A stretch of DNA of 64,000 nt from Casimicrobiaceae bacterium. Its GTDB lineage: Bacteria; Pseudomonadota; Gammaproteobacteria; Burkholderiales; Casimicrobiaceae. The notes beneath the pieces are model-generated. The model searched no databases and had not been told where the DNA came from. It saw only the letters and a program-made list of their open reading frames with translations. Below are positions 9,582 to 20,521 of the stretch, one piece after another. A program made the position numbers and the translations under genes. The stretch covers positions 34,846-98,845 of the forward strand of contig DATLNR010000134.1 in assembly GCA_035536655.1 (NCBI GenBank), read 5' to 3'. Position 1 is the stretch's first letter; every line of letters begins with the position of its first letter.

Positions 9582-10640
9582 ATGCCGCCTGATCCCGCAC
9601 CGCCGTCGCGATTTCCCCCCGAAGCGTCGCTGATCCTGGTGCTGCTGACGACGGCGCTTGCGGTCGTGTTCCTCGTGCTCTTAGCCGACAGCGAGTCCCG
9701 TCATGCGCAGGCAGCGCGCTCGGCGCAGGTGCGCGCGCTCGCCGCGGACCGCGCGTTGCTCGAGCTGCAGCTCGCGACGCGCGGCGCGCAGCCGTCGCAC
9801 GGCGGTAACGCCGCGGCAATGCGGGCGTTCGAGAACGCCCGTAACCTGCTCGATGGGGATCCGCGCACGCTCGCGCTGGTCGAGCGCATCCGCCCGATCG
9901 CTGCCGCACCGCAGAGCGCGGATGCCGGCGCAATCGCGGCGCTCGAGGAACTGCGCAACACGTTGACCACGTCCTCGGCAGCCGCCGCCGAGGAGGCGCG
10001 CCAGGACGTCGTTACGGCACACCGCGTGACGCTGGCGGCCGGACTGCTGCTGACCCTCGTCACGCTTGGTACCGTTGTCTTCATTTTCGAGGAGCGTCGA
10101 CGACGGCGCCGGCTTGCGCAAAAGCTCGAGCGCGAAGCGAACCACGATCTGTTGACGTCGCTGCCGAATCGGCGCTTCTTCCTCGAGTGGCTCTCGTACG
10201 CGCTCGCCCAGGCGCGCCGCGATGGCCGCAAGATCGCGCTGCTCTACATCGACCTCGACGGATTCAAGACGGTGAACGACCGCCATGGTCATCGCCGCGG
10301 CGACGCGGCGCTCGCGGCCATCGCTGAACGCCTGCGCAGCACGAAACGCGAAGGCGACCTTCTCGCGCGCATCGGCGGCGACGAATTCGCGCTTGCAGCG
10401 CCGAACGCGCGCGACGGTCATGAAATGGCGGCGCTGGGCGAACGTCTTCTCGCCAGTTTGACCGACGGGCAGGCGCCGCAGCTCTCCGACGTGCCGCTCG
10501 GCGCGTCGATCGGGATCGCCTTCTATCCCGACGATGCCAACGACGTTCCGGGACTACTCGCCGCTGCGGATGCCGCGATGTACGCGGCCAAGCGCGCGGG
10601 GGGTCATCGCGTTGCGTTTCATGTGTTCAGCGAGGCCTGA
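9582..10640 (+). CDS. Membrane-anchored diguanylate cyclase
   Basis: Two hydrophobic segments flanking a periplasmic region; [22 protein letters not shown] and RIGGDEF active site, with RxxD (REGD) I-site. Confidence 0.92.
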   Translation: MPPDPAPPSRFPPEASLILVLLTTALAVVFLVLLADSESRHAQAARSAQVRALAADRALLELQLATRGAQPSHGGNAAAMRAFENARNLLDGDPRTLALVERIRPIAAAPQSADAGAIAALEELRNTLTTSSAAAAEEARQDVVTAHRVTLAAGLLLTLVTLGTVVFIFEERRRRRRLAQKLEREANHDLLTSLPNRRFFLEWLSYALAQARRDGRKIALLYIDLDGFKTVNDRHGHRRGDAALAAIAERLRSTKREGDLLARIGGDEFALAAPNARDGHEMAALGERLLASLTDGQAPQLSDVPLGASIGIAFYPDDANDVPGLLAAADAAMYAAKRAGGHRVAFHVFSEA

Positions 10641-11542
10641 GCTTCGGCGAGCACGTTCGCCCCGCATCCTTCGACGAACGGATCGAATGCCTTTACAGCC
10701 GTCGAGCGAAGCCAGGTGATCTGGCGCTTCGCAAGCTGCCGCGTCGCGGCGATGCCGGCGGAGCGGAGCGATTCGGCGTCGATCTCCCCTTCGAGATGAG
10801 CCCATGCCTGCCGATAACCGACGGCGCGCATCGACGGCAATTCGCGCGTCAATACGTAGCGATGCCGCAATCGCGCGAGCTCGTCCAGCAGCCCTTGCGC
10901 GAGCATCGCATCGAAGCGCGCGGCGATTCGGCGGTGCAGCTCGGCGCGATCGACGGGCAATAACGCGAGCGCACGATGTGGTCCGAGGACCGGTGCGGTC
11001 CGCAAGCCCTGCAACGAAGAAAGCGGCGTTCCGCTCGTCCGATGGACCTCGAGCGCGCGCTGGATGCGTTGTGCGTCGTGCGGCGCGATGCGAACGGCCG
11101 CGGCCGGATCGACACGCGCAAGCTCCGCGTGCATCGCGGGCCATCCGCGTGCGCGCGCCTGCGCATCGATTTCGGCGCGCGTCGAAGCGTCGGCCTGTGG
11201 GAGTTCCGACAGGCCTTCGGTCAGCGCCCTGAAGTAGAGCATCGTCCCGCCTGCGACGATCGGCACGCGACCTCTTCCGCGGATCGCGTCGATCGCCGCA
11301 ATCGCATCGCGAACGAAACGCGCGGCGGAGTAGCTTCGATCCGGATCGATGATGTCGATCAGATGATGTTTCACGCGCGAGCGCGTCGCCGCATCCGGTT
11401 TCGCCGTCCCGATATCCATGCCGCGATACACCTGCGCCGAATCGACGCTGACGATCTCGCCGTTCAGCGCATCGGCAAGCGCGAGAGCAAGATCGCTCTT
11501 GCCCGTCGCCGTCGGGCCGATCAACAGGATCGCGGGGCGCAT
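10619..11542 (-). CDS. miaA: tRNA dimethylallyltransferase
   Basis: GPTATGKS P-loop, [36 protein letters not shown]. Start overlaps the mutL stop (TGATG). Confidence 0.97.
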   Translation of the reverse strand: MRPAILLIGPTATGKSDLALALADALNGEIVSVDSAQVYRGMDIGTAKPDAATRSRVKHHLIDIIDPDRSYSAARFVRDAIAAIDAIRGRGRVPIVAGGTMLYFRALTEGLSELPQADASTRAEIDAQARARGWPAMHAELARVDPAAAVRIAPHDAQRIQRALEVHRTSGTPLSSLQGLRTAPVLGPHRALALLPVDRAELHRRIAARFDAMLAQGLLDELARLRHRYVLTRELPSMRAVGYRQAWAHLEGEIDAESLRSAGIAATRQLAKRQITWLRSTAVKAFDPFVEGCGANVLAEAQASLNT

Positions 11543-13323
11543 CAGCGACCGCGAAGGAACATGCGATCGAGGTCCGCGAGCGTGAGCTGATACCACGTCG
11601 GCCGGCCGTGATTGCACTGGCCCGCACGCTCGGTCGCCTCCATCTCTCGCAACAACGCATTCATTTCGGCCGGCGTCAGGCTGCGATTCGCGCGAACCGC
11701 GGCATGACACGCCATCGTCGAGAGAATCTCGTCGGCGCGAGCGGCAAGCACTTCGCTTGCGCCGTACTCGCGTAGCTCGTGCAGCACCGCTCGCGCGAGC
11801 GTCGCGGGATCCGCATCGGCGAGCGGCGCCGGCACGCCGCGCACGATCAATGTCCCGCTCGCGATCGATCCGAGCTCGAATCCGAGCCGCGCAAGCGTTT
11901 CGGCATGCTCGCCAGCCGCCGCGACGTCGATCGCTTCCGCCGCGAACGTTGCAGGCACGAGCAAAGGCTGCATCGGCACGCTGGCGCCGAGCGTTGCCTT
12001 GAGCCGCTCGTAGACGATGCGTTCGTGGGCCGCATGCATGTCGACCATCACGAGGCCTTCGCGGTTCTGAGCGAGGATGTAGATGCCGTGCAACTGCGCG
12101 AGCGCAAAGCCGAGCGGATGATCGTCGTTCGTGGCCGGCAGATCGACGCCGCCGACGTTGTCTCGCGCGCCGAACAGTCGCGCGTAGAACGCCGAAGGTT
12201 CCGCGGTTGCGAACGTCAACCCTGGCTGCGCTTCCTGCGCATAAGTGCGGCCGGCTCCGGTCTCGCGCACCGGTGGCGGCACGCGTGCGGCGGCGAGCCC
12301 GAGTTTCTCGGCCGCGGACACCGCCGGCTGCTCGCGCGCCGTCGCGGCAAGCGCGCGCTCGACCGCGTGCCGGACGAACTGATGGATCGCGCCGGCGTCG
12401 CGAAACCGCACTTCCACCTTCTGCGGATGCACGTTGACGTCGACGCGACGCGGATCGAGCGTGAGCCACAGCGCGAACGACGGAGCACGCTCATGGTGCA
12501 GCACATCGCGATAGGCTTCGCGCAGCGCGTGGCCGAGCATTCGATCGCGCACGAAGCGACCGTTGACGAACAGGTATTGAGCGCCGCTCGTCTGCGTCGC
12601 ATAGGCCGGCCGAACGGCGAAGCCGTCGAGCCGGACGCCGCCCGCTTCCTCATCGACGAGCGCGGCATGCGTGGTGAATGCCGTTCCGAGCACGGCTTCG
12701 ACGCGTAAACGTCGGCCATCGGGCAGCAATCGCCGCTGGGCCTTGCCGTTGTGGTGCAGCGTGAAGCCGATCGTCGGATGCGCAAGCGCGAGGCGCCGCA
12801 GCGCCTCGTCGCAATGCGCCCACTCGGTCGCCTCGGTGCGGAGAAACTTGCGCCGCGCCGGCGTGTTGAAGAACAGCTCCTCGATCGTGACGGTCGTCCC
12901 CGACGCGAGCGCCGCGGGAAGCATCGGCCGTGGCGTTCCGCCTTCGACCTCGAGACGCCATGCATGCGGCTTCGCAGCGGCACGCGAGGTGATCGCAAAC
13001 TTCGATACCGCGGCGATCGACGCCAGCGCTTCGCCGCGAAAGCCGAGCGACGCGATCGCTTCGAGGTCCGACGGCGTCGCGATCTTCGACGTGGCATGCC
13101 GCGCGACGGCGAGCGCCAGGTCCTCGCGCTCGATACCCTGGCCGTTGTCCGCAACGCGGATCCGCTTGACGCCGCCGCCGGCGATGTCGACGTCGATTTG
13201 CGTCGCGCCCGCGTCGATGCTGTTCTCGACCAACTCCTTCAGCGCGGCCGACGGGCGCTCGACGACCTCACCGGCCGCGATCTGGTTGACCAGCAGGTCG
13301 GAGAGTGCGCGGATTCGCGTCAA
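11542..13323 (-). CDS. mutL: DNA mismatch repair endonuclease MutL
   Basis: [39 protein letters not shown] endonuclease motif, ACHAAV, CNHGRP. Confidence 0.98.
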   Translation of the reverse strand: MTRIRALSDLLVNQIAAGEVVERPSAALKELVENSIDAGATQIDVDIAGGGVKRIRVADNGQGIEREDLALAVARHATSKIATPSDLEAIASLGFRGEALASIAAVSKFAITSRAAAKPHAWRLEVEGGTPRPMLPAALASGTTVTIEELFFNTPARRKFLRTEATEWAHCDEALRRLALAHPTIGFTLHHNGKAQRRLLPDGRRLRVEAVLGTAFTTHAALVDEEAGGVRLDGFAVRPAYATQTSGAQYLFVNGRFVRDRMLGHALREAYRDVLHHERAPSFALWLTLDPRRVDVNVHPQKVEVRFRDAGAIHQFVRHAVERALAATAREQPAVSAAEKLGLAAARVPPPVRETGAGRTYAQEAQPGLTFATAEPSAFYARLFGARDNVGGVDLPATNDDHPLGFALAQLHGIYILAQNREGLVMVDMHAAHERIVYERLKATLGASVPMQPLLVPATFAAEAIDVAAAGEHAETLARLGFELGSIASGTLIVRGVPAPLADADPATLARAVLHELREYGASEVLAARADEILSTMACHAAVRANRSLTPAEMNALLREMEATERAGQCNHGRPTWYQLTLADLDRMFLRGR

Positions 13324-13333
13324 TGCTTGGCCG

Positions 13334-14041
13334 TCAGCCCTTGAGATTCACCGACCAGCGCCGGTAGACGTCGTCAGCGACCGCATTCAACCTCGACACG
13401 TTGCGCTCGAGGTTCGCGAGGATGTCGCGCGCGTTCTGCGTGGCATCCGTCGACTCGGCCGGCAAATCGCCGCCGGACAGGCGGATCCAATCGCGCGCGA
13501 TTGCCGTCGTCATCTCCGGATGTCCCTGGAAACCGATGTGGCGGCCGTCGACGACGTACGCCTGGTTCTCGTTGAATCGATTCGTCAGCACACGCGTCGC
13601 CCGCGGGGGAAGCGTGAAGTCCTCGTAATGCCACTCGAATGTCTTGAAGCCATCGCGCCCGCCGAACCACTCGCGCGCTTCGGGCGTGCGCTCGACGTCG
13701 ACGTCGATCCAGCCGATCTCGGTGTTGCTCGCCTTCGACACCTTCGCGCCGAGCGCCTTCGCCATCAGCTGTCCGCCGAGGCAATGACCGATCACCGGCA
13801 CGTCGTTGTCGACCGCGTCGCGAACCAGCGCCTCCATCGGCGCGACCCACGGCAGCGCATCGTTGACGCTCATCGGCCCGCCCATCATCCCGATGCCGGC
13901 GAACGACGTGGCACGCTCGGGAACCGGCTCGCCATCGTGCAGCGAAACGAGCTTCCACGGCCGCCCGTTCGCATCCAGCCATTCGCCGAGCCGTCCCGGC
14001 TCGTCACCAGGGGAGAAGCGGAAGACGGCGATGGGTTTCAT
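13334..14041 (-). CDS. Type 1 glutamine amidotransferase-like protein
   Basis: MGGPMSVND, GHCLGGQL nucleophile elbow, QGHPE. Confidence 0.88.
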   Translation of the reverse strand: MKPIAVFRFSPGDEPGRLGEWLDANGRPWKLVSLHDGEPVPERATSFAGIGMMGGPMSVNDALPWVAPMEALVRDAVDNDVPVIGHCLGGQLMAKALGAKVSKASNTEIGWIDVDVERTPEAREWFGGRDGFKTFEWHYEDFTLPPRATRVLTNRFNENQAYVVDGRHIGFQGHPEMTTAIARDWIRLSGGDLPAESTDATQNARDILANLERNVSRLNAVADDVYRRWSVNLKG

Positions 14042-14062
14042 CGGGGGAGCTTAACAGCGGGC

Positions 14063-14824
14063 TTACATCTGCTTGAACAAATGCGTGAACTGCCGCGAAA
14101 TGGGTAGCTTCTCCGGCCGGCTCTTGAGGAGCACGAACTGGCGCTCGGCGTCTTCACGCAAGACGCCCGCCACTTGGTCGAGATTGACCAGCGTGCTGCG
14201 ATGCACTTGCCAGAACTTGTCGGGATCGAGGTCCGCCACAAGGTCTTTCAACGGCGTGCGGATCAGCGCCTCGGATTCCTTCAGCACGACGCGCGTGTAC
14301 TTCGTGTCGCTCTGGAAATAGACGACGTCACTGACGGCGATGAGCTTCACTTGCTTGCCGACCGCGGCTTTGATCCAGCGCATTCGCTGCGCGGGCTTTG
14401 CCACCGTCTCGCGCAGTTTCGCCACGAGCGCGGACAGGTCGGCCGGCGGCATCGCGATCTTGCGCTTCAAGCGCTCGACGGTCTGCGCGAGCCGCTCGGA
14501 TTCGACCGGCTTCAACAGATAGTCGACCGCGCCGGCTTCGAATGCAGCGAGCGCGTACTGATCGTAGGCGGTGATGAACACGACATGGCAATCGGTGCCG
14601 ACGGCGGCTGCGACGTCGAGACCCGTTCGCCCCGGCATCCGAATGTCGAGAAAAGCGATCGTCGGAGCGTGCACGTCGATGAGCGCGAGCGCTTCATCGC
14701 CGTCGGACGCTTCAGCGACGATGTCGAGCTCGGGCCAGACTTCGGCGAGCTTCTCCTTCAGCCGCTCGCGCATCAGCGGCTCGTCCTCGGCGATCAGCGC
14801 AGTCGCTCGCGTGCTCATCGGCAC
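14063..14824 (-). CDS. LytTR-family response regulator
   Basis: REC domain (IAEDEP, FLDIRMP, VFITAYDQYA, YLLKP) plus LytTR domain (YFQSDTKYT, FWQVHRSTLVN). Confidence 0.95.
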   Translation of the reverse strand: MPMSTRATALIAEDEPLMRERLKEKLAEVWPELDIVAEASDGDEALALIDVHAPTIAFLDIRMPGRTGLDVAAAVGTDCHVVFITAYDQYALAAFEAGAVDYLLKPVESERLAQTVERLKRKIAMPPADLSALVAKLRETVAKPAQRMRWIKAAVGKQVKLIAVSDVVYFQSDTKYTRVVLKESEALIRTPLKDLVADLDPDKFWQVHRSTLVNLDQVAGVLREDAERQFVLLKSRPEKLPISRQFTHLFKQM

Positions 14825-14835
14825 AAGTCCACGGG

Positions 14836-16044
14836 TCAGGTCGTGAAGGATTCGGTCGCAGTCGACGACGACGGCCGCGGTTGCAGCGGAGCGACGGCCT
14901 GCGTGGAAGGCAAAACGATCCGCGCGACGAACCCGCGCGGCTCGTTCACTTCGAGCTCGAGCACGGCGCGATCGCCGAAAAGGAGATCGAGGCGCTCGCG
15001 GACGTTCGCAAGCCCGATGCCCTGGCCCGGCTCGCCGCCGCCGTCGAGTCCGGCGCCGGTGTCGGCCACCGTCAGCAGCAACCGACCGTCCGATTGCACG
15101 TCGGCGTGCACATCGATGCGGCCGCCGTCGGCTGACGGCTCGACGCCGTGCTTGATCGCGTTCTCGACGAGCGTGATCAGCATGCCGGGCGGGACCATCG
15201 TTCCCCGCAATTCGGCGGGGATGCTGCAGTGGAACTCGAGGCGCGTGCCGAGGCGGCGTTGCATGATCTCGAGATACGCGTCGATCAACGACGCTTCTTC
15301 GCCAAGCGTCGTCGCCTCGTGGCGCAACGATGGCGTCGCCGCGCGCAGGAAGCGGATCAGGTTGGCGATCAACCGCGCAGCTTCCGGGGCGCCGCGCTCG
15401 GCAAGCTGCTGCGCGCTGCCCAGCGTGTTGAACAGGAAATGCGGCTCGACCTGAAGCTGCAGCATCCGCAGCTTCGACTCGGCAAGCTGGCGCGACAGGT
15501 CACTCTGCCGGCGCTGCGCTTCGAGGTTCGCGGCGAGCGCCTTGTACTCGCGATTGCGCAATGCCGCGATCAAGGCAACCACGAGCGAATAGAGCGAGCC
15601 GAACACGAGCCCCGCGATGACGACGTGCCGCACCTTCGCGCTGTCGTGCAGCCAGTCGAACGGATCGACGCCCCTGACGACGCCGGCGACGCCTGCGCCG
15701 GCAAACGCGCCGACGAGCGCAAGCAGCGGCCCGATGACGATGTAGCGGAACAACTTGCCGCTGAACTTGCGATAGCCGAACCACGCGGTGAGCCCGGCCC
15801 ACAGCAGCATGAGGACGACGACGTTGAACAGCACCGACGCTTCGAGCAACGACATGTTCCACGGCAGCTCGGACGCGATCCAGGCGAACAGCGTTGTCGT
15901 CGCGATGATGCCGACGAGCCAGCGCCAGCCGGCGCGATAGAACCAGCGATCGAACGACTTGACGTCCTCGCGCTCGATCTCCGAAAGCGAGGCAAGCACG
16001 CGCTCGCAGAACGCGTCGTAGCGGGACTTGAGGGCGGCGAACAT
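14836..16044 (-). CDS. LytS/YehU-type sensor histidine kinase
   Basis: N-terminal TM helices, LQVEPHFLFNTL H-box, LVENAIKHG, DTGAG and GIGLANVRERL. Confidence 0.93.
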   Translation of the reverse strand: MFAALKSRYDAFCERVLASLSEIEREDVKSFDRWFYRAGWRWLVGIIATTTLFAWIASELPWNMSLLEASVLFNVVVLMLLWAGLTAWFGYRKFSGKLFRYIVIGPLLALVGAFAGAGVAGVVRGVDPFDWLHDSAKVRHVVIAGLVFGSLYSLVVALIAALRNREYKALAANLEAQRRQSDLSRQLAESKLRMLQLQVEPHFLFNTLGSAQQLAERGAPEAARLIANLIRFLRAATPSLRHEATTLGEEASLIDAYLEIMQRRLGTRLEFHCSIPAELRGTMVPPGMLITLVENAIKHGVEPSADGGRIDVHADVQSDGRLLLTVADTGAGLDGGGEPGQGIGLANVRERLDLLFGDRAVLELEVNEPRGFVARIVLPSTQAVAPLQPRPSSSTATESFTT

Positions 16045-16162
16045 GGGCGGAGGCGCCCGTCATTCTAGGCGACGGGCCCGCGTCTTCGTGCCGATGCGAC
16101 CAGCGACGATCGTGGGCGACTAATCGCTCCTCTCGCGGACGGACGACCGTGCCAGCCGCCTG

Positions 16163-16195
16163 GCGGATATTCGCCATCGGGACAGCGAATATTCG
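16163..16195. promoter_or_regulatory. Direct-repeat pair with 22-bp period, putative regulator site
   Basis: gcggatattcg (16163-16173) and gcgaatattcg (16185-16195), between the divergent kinase gene and a small ORF. Confidence 0.45.
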
Positions 16196-16256
16196 GCTGG
16201 CGCACGGATGCGATCAGGCGCAGCGTCGTTGCGTCACGTCACCCAACGGAAACGCT

Positions 16257-16475
16257 ATGCCGGAACTCAAGCCCGCCGAACTCGACGACGACTGCGTTGC
16301 GCGTCTTGCCGCCCTTCCCATGAATGCTGCCGATCGCGCCGAGGCGATCGCGGAGTGGAAGCACTGCGACGCATCGGCCGCGTCGATCGCCGACAATGTC
16401 GATCAGATGAGAGGCGTGATCCGAATGCTTCGGCACGCGTTCACGACACGGCGCCACCGGCTCGATGATCGTTAG
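16257..16475 (+). CDS. Small hypothetical protein (72 aa)
   Basis: MPELKPAELDDDCVARLAALPMNAADRAEAIAEWKHCD...; fills the intergenic gap, and its stop abuts the stop of the convergent gene. Confidence 0.55.
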   Translation: MPELKPAELDDDCVARLAALPMNAADRAEAIAEWKHCDASAASIADNVDQMRGVIRMLRHAFTTRRHRLDDR

Positions 16476-17642
16476 TCAGGCCGCGAGCGCCTTCATCTCG
16501 CGGCGGAGGTCGGACTTGCCTTCGAAGCCGATACCCGGCAGGTCGGGCAGCGTGACGTAGCTGTTCTCCACCTTCACGCCATCGGGGAAGCCGCCAAACG
16601 GCTGGAACAGGTCGGGATACGACTCGTTGCCGCCCAAGCCGAGGCCAGCCGCAATGTTCAGCGACATTTGGTGGCCACCATGCGGAATGCAGCGGCTCGC
16701 CGCCCATCCGTGCTGCTTCAGCATGTCCAGCGTGCGCAGATATTCCACCAAGCCGTAGCTGAGGGCGCAATCGAACTGAAGCCAATCGCGGTCGGAGCGC
16801 ATGCCGCCGTAGCGGATCAGGTTGCGCGCATCCTGCATCGAGAACAGGTTTTCGCCCGTCGCCATCGGGTTCTTGTAGTAGTTGTGCAGCGTTGCCTGCA
16901 GTTGGAAGTCCAGCGGATCGCCCGGCTCCTCGTACCAGAACAGGTCGTACTGCGAAAGCGCCTTGGCATAAGCGATGGCGGTGTCGAGGTCGAACCGGCC
17001 GTTCGCGTCGACACACAGCTTCTGACCGTCCTGCAGCACTTCCTTGATCGCGTCGATGCGGCGAAGGTCTTCGTCCAGCGAAGCCCCGCCGATCTTTTTC
17101 TTGACCACCGTGTAGCCACGGTCGATGTAGCTGCGCATTTCGTCCTGCAGCTTGCGCAAGTCCTGGCCCGGGTAGTAGTACCCGCCGGCGGCGTACACGA
17201 AGACCTTGCGATTCGGCTGTCCGTCGCCGTAGCGGTCGGCCAGGAGCTGGAACAGCGGCTTGCCTTCGATCTTGGCCACCGCATCCCAGACGGCCATGTC
17301 GATGGTTCCGATCGCCACCGAGCGCTCCCCGTGACCACCCGGCTTTTCGTTCGCGAACATCGCTGCCCAGATCCTGTGCGGATCGAGATTTTCGCGAGCC
17401 GCGTCGACGAGCGAGGCAGGATCGGCTTGAATGATGCGAGGAATGAACCGCTCGCGCATCAGCGTGCCCTGGCCGTAGCGGCCGTTGGAATTGAACCCGT
17501 AGCCGACCACCGGCTTGCCGTCGCGGATCACGTCGGTGACGACGGCCACGAGGCTCAGATTCATCTTGCTAAAGTCGATGTAGGCGTTACGAATCGACGA
17601 GCTGATGGGAACGGTCTTTTCCCGGATTTCGACGATCTTCAC
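16476..17642 (-). CDS. Mandelate racemase/enolase superfamily enzyme, D-tartrate dehydratase (TarD)-like
   Basis: YGFNSNGRYGQG, NEKPGGHGERSVA, VDANGRF, WYEEPGDPLD, ATGENLFS, PHGGHQMSL and GNESYP match the Bradyrhizobium D-tartrate dehydratase subgroup as I recall it. Confidence 0.85.
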   Translation of the reverse strand: MKIVEIREKTVPISSSIRNAYIDFSKMNLSLVAVVTDVIRDGKPVVGYGFNSNGRYGQGTLMRERFIPRIIQADPASLVDAARENLDPHRIWAAMFANEKPGGHGERSVAIGTIDMAVWDAVAKIEGKPLFQLLADRYGDGQPNRKVFVYAAGGYYYPGQDLRKLQDEMRSYIDRGYTVVKKKIGGASLDEDLRRIDAIKEVLQDGQKLCVDANGRFDLDTAIAYAKALSQYDLFWYEEPGDPLDFQLQATLHNYYKNPMATGENLFSMQDARNLIRYGGMRSDRDWLQFDCALSYGLVEYLRTLDMLKQHGWAASRCIPHGGHQMSLNIAAGLGLGGNESYPDLFQPFGGFPDGVKVENSYVTLPDLPGIGFEGKSDLRREMKALAA

Positions 17643-17774
17643 GGCGTGGGTGGTGAGGTTGCGGTTGAACGGCCTTCATCTTCGTCGTTTGCCCACAGCC
17701 ATGCCCATCCCCGGTCCTTCGAGACTTCGGCGCGCACGAACCTTCGGGTTACGGGCGCGCTCTTGTGCGAACAG

Positions 17775-18590
17775 TCACAGGCCGCGCGCAATGCGCGCAT
17801 ACGCGGAGTGATTGTGTATCGACTCGAAATTCTCCGCCTCCACGACGAACCCGTCGAGCCGGGCATCGGCCGCAAGACGCGCAGCCACGCCGCGCACCAG
17901 ATCCTCGACGAAGCGCGGGTTGTCGTAGGCGCGCTCGGTGACGAACTTCTCGTCGGAGCGCTTCAGGATGCCGAAGAGTTCGGAAGACGCTTCCTCCTCG
18001 GCATAGCGCAAGAGCTCCGCCACGTAAACCGGCACGCGCGTACGCGCGGTGATCGTGATCAGCGAGCGCTGGTTGTGCGCCCCATAGTCGGAGATCTCCT
18101 TCGACGAGGGGCACAGCGACGTCACCGGCACCGCAACCGTCATCGTCTGCGCATAGCGTCCCGCATCGACCTCGCCGACGAGCTTCGCGTGATAGTCGAG
18201 CAGGCTCGCGATGCCGGATACCGGCGCTGTCTTGCGCACGAAGAACGGGAACGCCAGCTCGAGCCGCCCGCCCGGCGCGTCGAGCCGCGCGGCAAGCATT
18301 TCGACGAGCTCGCGTAACGTCGTCACGCCGATCGGCTCCGCACCCGGTCCGGCGCGTTCTTCGAGCAACGCAACCAGCCGCGACATGTGCGTGCCCTTGC
18401 GATCGGCGGGAAGGCGGACGAACACGCTCGCTTCGACGATCGTCGACTGAACGCCGTCGCGGTCGGCGATCGGCAGCGGATAGCGGAGCCCGCGAATGCC
18501 GACCTGGTCGATAGCGAGCTTGCGATCGTCGGACGCCGACTGTACGTCGGGCATCGCTCTCAGCTTCTGCGCGTCGATGCGTCGATTCAT
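17775..18590 (-). CDS. folE2: GTP cyclohydrolase IB
   Basis: KGTHMSR, VTSLCPSSKEIS, GAHNQRS, KRSDEKFVTERAYDNPRFVED, ESIHNHSAYA; usual position after dxs. Confidence 0.95.
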   Translation of the reverse strand: MNRRIDAQKLRAMPDVQSASDDRKLAIDQVGIRGLRYPLPIADRDGVQSTIVEASVFVRLPADRKGTHMSRLVALLEERAGPGAEPIGVTTLRELVEMLAARLDAPGGRLELAFPFFVRKTAPVSGIASLLDYHAKLVGEVDAGRYAQTMTVAVPVTSLCPSSKEISDYGAHNQRSLITITARTRVPVYVAELLRYAEEEASSELFGILKRSDEKFVTERAYDNPRFVEDLVRGVAARLAADARLDGFVVEAENFESIHNHSAYARIARGL

Positions 18591-18612
18591 CGATCGATTA
18601 TCGCAGCCCGGC

Positions 18613-20514
18613 TCACGCCGCGGCGGGCTTCACCCACGACTGGTCGGACAACGTCCCGAATCGGCGTGCGATCGATGCTGCGATGCCCTTCGCATCGAGC
18701 CCGACGCGCGACAGCAGGAACGCGGGATCGCCGTGATCGATGAACTCGTCGGGCAATCCGAGCATCAGCAGCGGTATCGTCACGGCGGCCTCGGCAAGCG
18801 CTTCGGCCACGGCGCTGCCCGCGCCACCCGCCACGACGTTCTCCTCGATGGTAATCAGCGCATCGTGCTCGCGCGCGAGCTTCAGCACCAGATCGACATC
18901 GAGCGGCTTGACGAACCGCATGTTCGCCACTGTCGCGTCATGGATCTCCGCCGCTTCCAGCGCCGCGGACAACGGCGCGCCGAACGCGAGGATCGCGAAT
19001 CGATTGCCGCGCCGCCTCGCCTCGCGCACGACAACACCTTCGCCGACCGGCAACGTAGCAAGTCCCGGATCGATCGTCGCACCCGGCCCGCTGCCGCGTG
19101 GATAGCGCACCGCCGACGGCGTCGGCAGCGAGAAAGCCGTGCTCAGGAGCTTGCGGCATTCGTCCTCGCTCGCCGGCGTCATCACCGTCGTGTTCGGCAG
19201 GCAGCGGAGATACGAAAGATCGAACGCGCCGAGATGCGTGGCGCCGTCGGCGCCGACGATCCCCGCGCGGTCGATCGCAAAGACGACCGGCAGGTTCTGC
19301 AGCGCGACGTCGTGGATCAGCTGATCGTAGCCGCGCTGCAAAAACGTCGAATAGATCGCCACCACGGGGCGCATCCCTTCGCAAGCGAGACCCGCCGCGA
19401 ACGTCACCGCGTGCTGCTCGGCGATGCCGACGTCGAAGTAGCGGTTCGGAAATTCCTGCGAAAAACGGACGAGTCCGGATCCTTCGCGCATTGCGGGAGT
19501 GATCGCGACGAGCCGCGGATCGGCAGCGGCCATGTCGCAAAGCCAGTCTCCGAAGACCTGCGTGTAAGACGTCTTCGCTGCCGCCTTCACCGTGATGCCG
19601 GTCGCCGGATCGAACTTCGTGACGCCGTGATAAAGGATCGGGTCGTCCTCGGCGCGCGCGTAGCCGTAGCCCTTCCTCGTGATCACGTGCAGGAACTGGG
19701 GCCCGGACAGTTGCCGAACGTTGGCGAGCGTCGCGACCAGCGCCTCGACGTCATGACCATCGATCGGTCCGATGTAGTTGAAGCCGAACTCCTCGAACAG
19801 CGTGCCGGGAAGCACCATCCCCTTCATGTGCTCTTCCCAGCGCTTCGCGAGCTCTTTGACCGGCGGCAGCCTCGACAGCACTTCCTTGCCGCCGCGGCGC
19901 ACGCTGTTGTAGAACCGCGACGACAGCACCTTCGCCAGATAGTGGTGGAAAGCGCCGACCGGCTCGCTGATCGACATCTCGTTGTCGTTCAGGATGACGA
20001 GCAGATCCGCGCCCGCGATGCCGGCGTTGTTCAGCGCCTCGAACGCCATGCCCGCGCTCATCGCGCCATCTCCGATGACGGCTACCGCGCGCCGCGTCTC
20101 GCCCTTGAGCTTCGCTGCCAGCGCCATGCCGAGTGCCGCGGAGATCGATGTCGAGCTGTGTGCGGTGCCAAACGTGTCGTACTCGCTTTCCGAGCGGCGC
20201 GGGAAGCCTGACGGACCGCCCCATTGGCGCAGCTTGCCCATCGAACCGCGTCGGCCGGTGAGGATCTTGTGCGCGTAGGTTTGATGACCGACGTCCCAGA
20301 CGAGCCGGTCGCGCGGCGTGTCGAACACATAATGCAACGCGATTGTCAGCTCGACGGTGCCGAGGTTCGACGACAGGTGACCGCCGGTCTGCGCGACGGA
20401 TTGCAGCAGGAACGTGCGCAGCTCGCGCGCAAGCTGCGGCAGTTGCGCTTTGGGAAGCGCGCGCAGGTCTTCGGGAGTGTCGAGCGTCTCGAGCAACGAG
20501 GTCGTCATGGGCAT
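18613..20514 (-). CDS. dxs: 1-deoxy-D-xylulose-5-phosphate synthase
   Basis: [43 protein letters not shown]. Start 20514 or 20508. Confidence 0.98.
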   Translation of the reverse strand: MPMTTSLLETLDTPEDLRALPKAQLPQLARELRTFLLQSVAQTGGHLSSNLGTVELTIALHYVFDTPRDRLVWDVGHQTYAHKILTGRRGSMGKLRQWGGPSGFPRRSESEYDTFGTAHSSTSISAALGMALAAKLKGETRRAVAVIGDGAMSAGMAFEALNNAGIAGADLLVILNDNEMSISEPVGAFHHYLAKVLSSRFYNSVRRGGKEVLSRLPPVKELAKRWEEHMKGMVLPGTLFEEFGFNYIGPIDGHDVEALVATLANVRQLSGPQFLHVITRKGYGYARAEDDPILYHGVTKFDPATGITVKAAAKTSYTQVFGDWLCDMAAADPRLVAITPAMREGSGLVRFSQEFPNRYFDVGIAEQHAVTFAAGLACEGMRPVVAIYSTFLQRGYDQLIHDVALQNLPVVFAIDRAGIVGADGATHLGAFDLSYLRCLPNTTVMTPASEDECRKLLSTAFSLPTPSAVRYPRGSGPGATIDPGLATLPVGEGVVVREARRRGNRFAILAFGAPLSAALEAAEIHDATVANMRFVKPLDVDLVLKLAREHDALITIEENVVAGGAGSAVAEALAEAAVTIPLLMLGLPDEFIDHGDPAFLLSRVGLDAKGIAASIARRFGTLSDQSWVKPAAA

Positions 20515-20521
20515 ACGGGGA

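Noticed and set aside
10619-10640. 22-nt tail-to-tail overlap of the diguanylate cyclase and miaA
   Set aside because: Short convergent overlaps are common; there is no further evidence of regulation.
10619-12469. Apparent long N-terminal extensions or fusions on miaA, also on the DMT gene (40063..42171) and the small SLH gene (28806..30302)
   Set aside because: The extensions are alternative frames of the upstream genes; true starts overlap or follow the upstream stops.
16096-16150. Short GCGAC/GACGA repeats upstream of the kinase
   Set aside because: Irregular spacing and low complexity, expected by chance at this GC.
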